A stretch of DNA of 64,000 nt. It comes from an uncultured Syntrophaceae bacterium. GTDB taxonomy: Bacteria > Desulfobacterota > Syntrophia > Syntrophales > UBA8958. The notes below the pieces were generated by a model that was not told the origin of the DNA, made no database searches, and was given only the letters and a program-made list of their open reading frames with translations. Of the stretch, positions 59,386 to 64,000 are shown in pieces (the stretch's first letter is position 1; each line of letters opens with the position of its first letter). The translations under genes and the position numbers were made by a program. Where the stretch lies: the NCBI GenBank assembly GCA_964645835.1, contig CAZYDG010000043.1:9063-73062 (forward strand), written 5' to 3'.

Positions 59386-60294
59386 ATGCGACAAAAAATC
59401 CTGATTCTCGGTGGTACGGGGATGTTGGGCCACACGCTGTTTAATATCCTATCCAGTGACGATACGTTGGATGTTTATGCGACGGCCCGAACCTCCGATG
59501 GTCTCGACCTTTGGTTTTCTCCGGATCTTGTGAAGAAGGTACGCATCGGTGTCGATGCGGACAACTTCGACACGGTCATTCGCGCACTTGCGTCGATCCG
59601 GCCGGATGTCGTCATCAACTGTATAGGCCTGATCAAGCAATTGCCAATGGCCGGCGATCCTCTGTCGGCCATTACGATTAATTCCCTTCTTCCGCACCGT
59701 ATCTCCCTGATCTGCAGAACTGCAGGCGCCAGGATGATTCATATCAGCACGGATTGTGTTTTTGACGGCTTGAAAGGCAACTATAAGGAGACGGACCCAT
59801 CGAATGCCGTAGATCTTTATGGCAGATCGAAATTCCTGGGCGAGGTTGCTTATCCCCATTGTGTAACATTGAGGTCTTCCATTATCGGCCATGAACTGAA
59901 GGGGCGACTGGGACTGGTTGAATGGTTTCTTGCCCAGGAGGGTAAGGCGAACGGTTTCACAAAAGCTATTTATTCCGGCTTTCCGACCGTTGAATTTGCG
60001 CGGATAATGATGCAGTATGTCTTGCCGAATTCCGATTTGCAGGGTGTCTACCATGTTTCATCCTCTCCAATATCGAAATATGATCTGTTGAAACTTGTGG
60101 CGGCCCGTTACAAGAAAGATATCGAAATAACCCCTTATGAAGACTTTTATCAGGACCGCTCACTGGATTCTTCCTGTTTCCGAGCTGCGACGGGCTATGA
60201 GCCGCCGTCCTGGACCGAACTGGTCGAGCGGATGTACAACCATTATATATCTTACAAGTCATTGAAAAAGGAGGCGAAAAATGCCCATTTTTGA
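59386..60294 (+). CDS. RmlD-like sugar-nucleotide 4-reductase (WbvR-like)
   Basis: 302 aa. Contains ILILGGTGMLGHTL and YGRSKFLGE (YxxxK). Confidence 0.7.
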   Translation: MRQKILILGGTGMLGHTLFNILSSDDTLDVYATARTSDGLDLWFSPDLVKKVRIGVDADNFDTVIRALASIRPDVVINCIGLIKQLPMAGDPLSAITINSLLPHRISLICRTAGARMIHISTDCVFDGLKGNYKETDPSNAVDLYGRSKFLGEVAYPHCVTLRSSIIGHELKGRLGLVEWFLAQEGKANGFTKAIYSGFPTVEFARIMMQYVLPNSDLQGVYHVSSSPISKYDLLKLVAARYKKDIEITPYEDFYQDRSLDSSCFRAATGYEPPSWTELVERMYNHYISYKSLKKEAKNAHF

Positions 60295-61351
60295 GAATAA
60301 AACCATAGTGATTACCGGCGGTACAGGATCGCTAGGGAAGACGGTGGTTCACCGTATCCTGAGTGCGGAACTCGGGGCGCCGAAAAAGGTGATAGTTTTT
60401 TCCCGCGACGAGGCCAAACAGCATGACATGAGGATGTCCTATCTGCACAAGCTTGTGGCGACCGATGAGGTGATCTATCGAAATTTCATGAATATCCTTG
60501 AATTCCGTATCGGTGACGTCCGTAACTACGCCGATGTCCGGTCCGTGGTCGGTCAGGCCGATATCGTCATCAATGCCGCGGCCCTCAAACAGGTTCCTTC
60601 GTGTGAGTATTTTCCAGTTCAAGCCCTTATGACGAATTGTATGGGGGCTGCAAACATTGTCCGTGCCATAGAGGAAAACAACCATCCTGTCGAAACCGTT
60701 GTCGGGATCAGCACGGACAAGGCCTGTAAGCCCGTCAACGTCATGGGAATGACCAAATCCATCCAGGAAAGGATATTTACTTCCGCAAATATCTTGAACC
60801 GCCGGACACGTTTCATTTGTGTACGTTACGGCAATGTCCTGGCCTCCCGAGGTTCAGTCGTTCCCTTGTTTCATGATCAAATCCGAAATGGCGGACCTCT
60901 GACGGTTACAGTTCCCGAGATGACCCGTTTTCTTCTCAGCTTGAACCAGGCTGTAGATACGGTCTTTGCGGCCATTCGTTGTGCAAAGCCGGGTGATACC
61001 TATATTCCCCGGGCACCTTCGGCCACAATGATCAATATCGCCAAGGCCTTGATCGGGGATCGGAACTGCTCCATCGAAATCACCGGAATACGTCCGGGGG
61101 AAAAGATGCACGAAAGTCTTGTTTCCGAGGAAGAAGCGAACCATTGCGTTGCCCGTGGCGGCTATTATGCCATTACGCCTATGTTGCCCGAATTGTGCGA
61201 GGCCGGCGTCTGTGAACCTAACATCCTGACCAAGGAATACAGTTCTGCCGATAATGTTTTGGATCTGGATGGGACGATCCAACTGTTGAAGCGCCATAGG
61301 CTGATGATTGATGATGTGGTGCTGAGTAAGGATGAAGAACTCCTTAGGTAA
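60281..61351 (+). CDS. CapE/FnlA/WbjB/WbvB-type UDP-GlcNAc 4,6-dehydratase/5(3)-epimerase
   Basis: 356 aa. Contains IVITGGTGSLGKTVV. MGMTKSIQE carries the Met-x3-Lys variant in place of YxxxK, which is characteristic of CapE. Confidence 0.8.
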   Translation: MPIFENKTIVITGGTGSLGKTVVHRILSAELGAPKKVIVFSRDEAKQHDMRMSYLHKLVATDEVIYRNFMNILEFRIGDVRNYADVRSVVGQADIVINAAALKQVPSCEYFPVQALMTNCMGAANIVRAIEENNHPVETVVGISTDKACKPVNVMGMTKSIQERIFTSANILNRRTRFICVRYGNVLASRGSVVPLFHDQIRNGGPLTVTVPEMTRFLLSLNQAVDTVFAAIRCAKPGDTYIPRAPSATMINIAKALIGDRNCSIEITGIRPGEKMHESLVSEEEANHCVARGGYYAITPMLPELCEAGVCEPNILTKEYSSADNVLDLDGTIQLLKRHRLMIDDVVLSKDEELLR

Positions 61352-61352
61352 C

Positions 61353-61498
61353 CCGGCTGTTGAAAAACGCCCATCTGCTGCGTTGCGCTGCAAACCTCGT
61401 CAATCGACATACGGCACAGTATGCCTCTTTCCTCGGCTTTTGCGCGCCTTGCATCTGAACATCCCGGATCAGGTCCGGGACAAGCTTTTGAACAGCCT
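61353..61498 (+). repeat. MITE-like element, copy C (with nested hairpin insertion near right end)
   Basis: Begins 2 nt after the stop at 61349-61351. Aligns with copy D. The right terminus is interrupted by CCCGGATCAGGTCCGGGACAAGC. Confidence 0.8.
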
Positions 61499-61547
61499 AT
61501 TTGTTGTGGCTGTTCCAGTATATTGACAACCGGGAAGGAACAACATC

Positions 61548-62675
61548 ATGACAATGAAAGTAGTTACGCTTGTCGGCACGCGTCCGGAAGTTATTAAACT
61601 GTGCCGGGTGATTCACGAGCTTGACCGGTTCACGGATCATGTCCTGGTTCATACAGGGCAAAACTATGATTATGAATTGAACGAAATCTTCTTCAATGAA
61701 CTCGAAATCAGCAAACCGTCCTATTTTCTGGATGCCGCAGGGACAACGGTTGCCCGGACCATCGGAAATGTTATTGCCAAGATTGATGAGGTTCTGGAAA
61801 AGGAAAAACCGGATGCATTTCTCCTCCTGGGTGATACGAACAGCTGCCTCGGCGCTATTGCCGCGAAGAGGCGTAAGATTCCCATTTTCCATATGGAGGC
61901 GGGAAACCGCTGTTTTGATCAGCGGGTTCCTGAAGAGATCAATCGCAAGATAATCGACCATATTAGCGACATCAACATGCCCTATACGGAACACGCCCGC
62001 CGCTATCTTCTTGCCGAAGGGATAAAACCGGAAACGGTGATCAAGACAGGATCTCCCATGAAAGAGGTCCTGACGTATTACAAGGCAAGCATAGATGCCT
62101 CCGATGTCCTGAAACGATTAAATCTATCGCAGGGTGCCTATATCGTCATGAGCGTCCATCGGGAAGAAAATGTCGATAATGAGGTTAATTTCAATGATTT
62201 CCTAAAAACCCTCCAGGTTTTGGCCGAGCGCTATGACCTGCCTGTAATCTTTTCCGTTCACCCCCGGACAAGAAAAAAGCTGGATAAGTTAGGTATTTCC
62301 AGTGCCGATGAGCGGATCCGCTTCTTAAAGCCCCTCGGGTTTCCGGACTATGTGAAACTTCAGATGCATGCATTTTGCGTCGTTTCCGATAGCGGTACTA
62401 TTACGGAAGAGTCGTCGATTCTGGGTTTCCCGGCTGTGACAGTTCGTCAGGCCCACGAACGGCCGGAGGGAATGGACGAGGGGACTCTTATCATGTGCGG
62501 CCTCCAGGCGAACCGGGTCATTGCCGCCATGGATGCGGTAACTGCCCAGTACGCCGGCCAAAGCCGGCCGTTTCGACTGGTCGGGGATTACGATGTCGAG
62601 AATGTGTCGAAAAAAGTCCTCAACATTATTATGAGTTATACGGACTATGTCGATCGCACTGTCTGGTTTAAATAA
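61548..62675 (+). CDS. wecB: Non-hydrolysing UDP-N-acetylglucosamine 2-epimerase
   Basis: 375 aa. Contains KVVTLVGTRPEVIKL, HTGQNYD and GDTNS. The symbol denotes the family only; in this context it is FnlC/Cap5G/WbvD-like. Confidence 0.88.
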   Translation: MTMKVVTLVGTRPEVIKLCRVIHELDRFTDHVLVHTGQNYDYELNEIFFNELEISKPSYFLDAAGTTVARTIGNVIAKIDEVLEKEKPDAFLLLGDTNSCLGAIAAKRRKIPIFHMEAGNRCFDQRVPEEINRKIIDHISDINMPYTEHARRYLLAEGIKPETVIKTGSPMKEVLTYYKASIDASDVLKRLNLSQGAYIVMSVHREENVDNEVNFNDFLKTLQVLAERYDLPVIFSVHPRTRKKLDKLGISSADERIRFLKPLGFPDYVKLQMHAFCVVSDSGTITEESSILGFPAVTVRQAHERPEGMDEGTLIMCGLQANRVIAAMDAVTAQYAGQSRPFRLVGDYDVENVSKKVLNIIMSYTDYVDRTVWFK

Positions 62676-62681
62676 CCTGAA

Positions 62682-62807
62682 GCAGGCTGTTGAAAAACGC
62701 CCATCTGCTGCGTTGTGCTGCATGCCTCGTCAATCGACGTACTTCTATGTACGCCTCTTTCCTCGACTTTTGCGCTCCTTGCATCTGAGCATTTTTGAAC
62801 AGCCTGC
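62682..62807 (+). repeat. MITE-like element, copy D (shortest, reference copy)
   Basis: 126 bp. GCAGGCTGTTGAAAAACGCCCATCTGC ... GCATCTGAGCATTTTTGAACAGCCTGC form imperfect terminal inverted repeats of about 27 bp. Confidence 0.8.
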
Positions 62808-62826
62808 CCAAGAGTGGCTATTTTAA

Positions 62827-64000
62827 ATGCGAATTTTCCTTTTCGTCGTTTACTACCTGCCTTCTCCCATTGCCAGTGCTAAGTTGATCCACGATCTGGC
62901 AGTGGAATTCACGCATATGGGGCATGACGTGACGGTTGTTGCCCCTGATGACCGTATTGGGCAGGATAGCCAATATTCACGTGAAGAAGGTATCGATGTT
63001 CTTCGAATAAGGACGGGAAAGATCAAGGCCGCATCCCGGTGGTTAAGAGCCATCAATGAGATCAGACTGTCCGAGACGATGTGGCATCAGGGGAAACGCT
63101 ATTTTGAGGACCATCCCTGTGACCTGATCGTATATTATTCCCCGACGATCTTTTTCGGCGCTCTGGTGGCCAAACTGAAAGATCTCAATCGATGTCCGTC
63201 GTACTTGATCCTGAGGGATATTTTCCCTCAATGGTCCGTGGATGCCGGTCTTCTGGGTCAAAACAGTATCATCTATCAATATTTTAAGCGAATGGAACTG
63301 CAAAATTACTGGGCGGCCGATATCATAGGCGTTCAATCCCCGGCCAACCTGCATTATTTTTCGGATCGCGGCCTTGACCGGATTTTTCGCTTGGAGGTTC
63401 TTTACAACTGGGCCTCCACCACGGAGGATCGTGTCCATACCGATTCCTATCGAAACCGGATGGGGCTCAAAGATAAGATTGTCTTTTTTTACGGCGGCAA
63501 TATCGGCATTGCCCAGGATATGGACAACATCATCCGCCTTGCGGAAAATTTACGATCTGACCCATCTGCTTTTTTCCTGCTTGTCGGTGACGGCACTGAA
63601 GTGGCTCGCCTGCGGGAAATAATTGCGACTCGAGGCCTGTCAAATATTGCCATCCATCCTTCCGTCGATCAGGACTCTTATCTGGCCATGCTTTCCGAGT
63701 TCGACGTGGGGCTCATTTCCCTGGACCGTGGCTTGAAGACGCAAAACTTTCCGGGCAAGATGCTGAGTTACATGGACAAAGCAAAGCCCATCCTGGCCAG
63801 TATCAATCCCGGCAACGACCTTAAAGAGGTCATTGAGGAAAACCATGCCGGTCTGGTGTGCGTGAACGGTGATGACGCATGCCTTGCAGATTATGCCGTC
63901 CGGTTGATAGCAGACGCAAGTTTGAGACGTGAATTGGGATTGAATGCCCGGAGGCTGCTTCAGGGTGCTTTTTCTGTAACGAGTGCTGCCCGTCAGATCC
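62827..64000 (+). CDS. Glycosyltransferase family 4 (WbuB-like), 3' end beyond window
   Basis: Absent from the ORF track because it has no stop. Hand translation from ATG 62827 is open to the window end (391 codons): MRIFLFVVYYLPSPIASAKLIHDLA.EF...GH.V.V... Confidence 0.75.
   Translation, partial: MRIFLFVVYYLPSPIASAKLIHDLAVEFTHMGHDVTVVAPDDRIGQDSQYSREEGIDVLRIRTGKIKAASRWLRAINEIRLSETMWHQGKRYFEDHPCDLIVYYSPTIFFGALVAKLKDLNRCPSYLILRDIFPQWSVDAGLLGQNSIIYQYFKRMELQNYWAADIIGVQSPANLHYFSDRGLDRIFRLEVLYNWASTTEDRVHTDSYRNRMGLKDKIVFFYGGNIGIAQDMDNIIRLAENLRSDPSAFFLLVGDGTEVARLREIIATRGLSNIAIHPSVDQDSYLAMLSEFDVGLISLDRGLKTQNFPGKMLSYMDKAKPILASINPGNDLKEVIEENHAGLVCVNGDDACLADYAVRLIADASLRRELGLNARRLLQGAFSVTSAARQI

Noticed and set aside
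30388-62807. Whether the four repeated ~130-bp elements could be a CRISPR array or tRNA-derived SINEs
   Set aside because: The copies are tens of kb apart and far longer than CRISPR repeats. They have terminal inverted repeats, and there are no regular spacers or cas genes. No tRNA cloverleaf features were found.

Overview
About 60 genes, dense and mostly operonic. No rRNA, tRNA, CRISPR array, transposase or phage genes were seen. Gene content suggests an anaerobic, possibly syntrophic deltaproteobacterium-like host; this is inference only.

Layout:
- **1-811:** a porin-like gene, truncated by the window edge.
- **1.7-9.4 kb:** an acyl-CoA and electron-transfer module. It holds acs, etfB, etfA, a membrane FeS oxidoreductase and an acyl-CoA ligase.
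- **9.6-11 kb:** folD and a thioredoxin-fold gene.
- **11-39 kb and 49-64 kb:** a very large, mosaic surface-polysaccharide locus. It encodes many GT2/GT4 glycosyltransferases, a Wzy-like polymerase, a Wzx flippase, carbamoyl- and acetyl-transfer functions, a CDP-3,6-dideoxyhexose pathway, an amino/C-methyl sugar set, rmlA, and a CapE/RmlD-like/2-epimerase trio.
- **39.5-47.7 kb:** a complete-looking T2SS-like pseudopilus operon (gspG-E-F-H-I-J-K-L-M-C) that interrupts the polysaccharide locus. It has no secretin and no prepilin peptidase.
- **51.1-57.6 kb:** a pstSCAB-cysD-cysNC block inside the polysaccharide locus.

Most interesting signals:
1. A roughly 30-nt ops/JUMPstart-like leader motif is shared by one EPS sub-operon and the T2SS-like operon.
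2. The secretin-less T2SS-like operon is embedded in the glycan locus.
3. The T2SS operon ends at a recombination scar, a chimeric DUF4124/acyltransferase ORF.
4. A 126-146 bp MITE-like element with terminal inverted repeats occurs four times plus one fragment. Two direct copies bracket the 2-epimerase gene.
5. A GT2 gene is broken at an A7 tract.
6. pstC carries an in-frame TGA.
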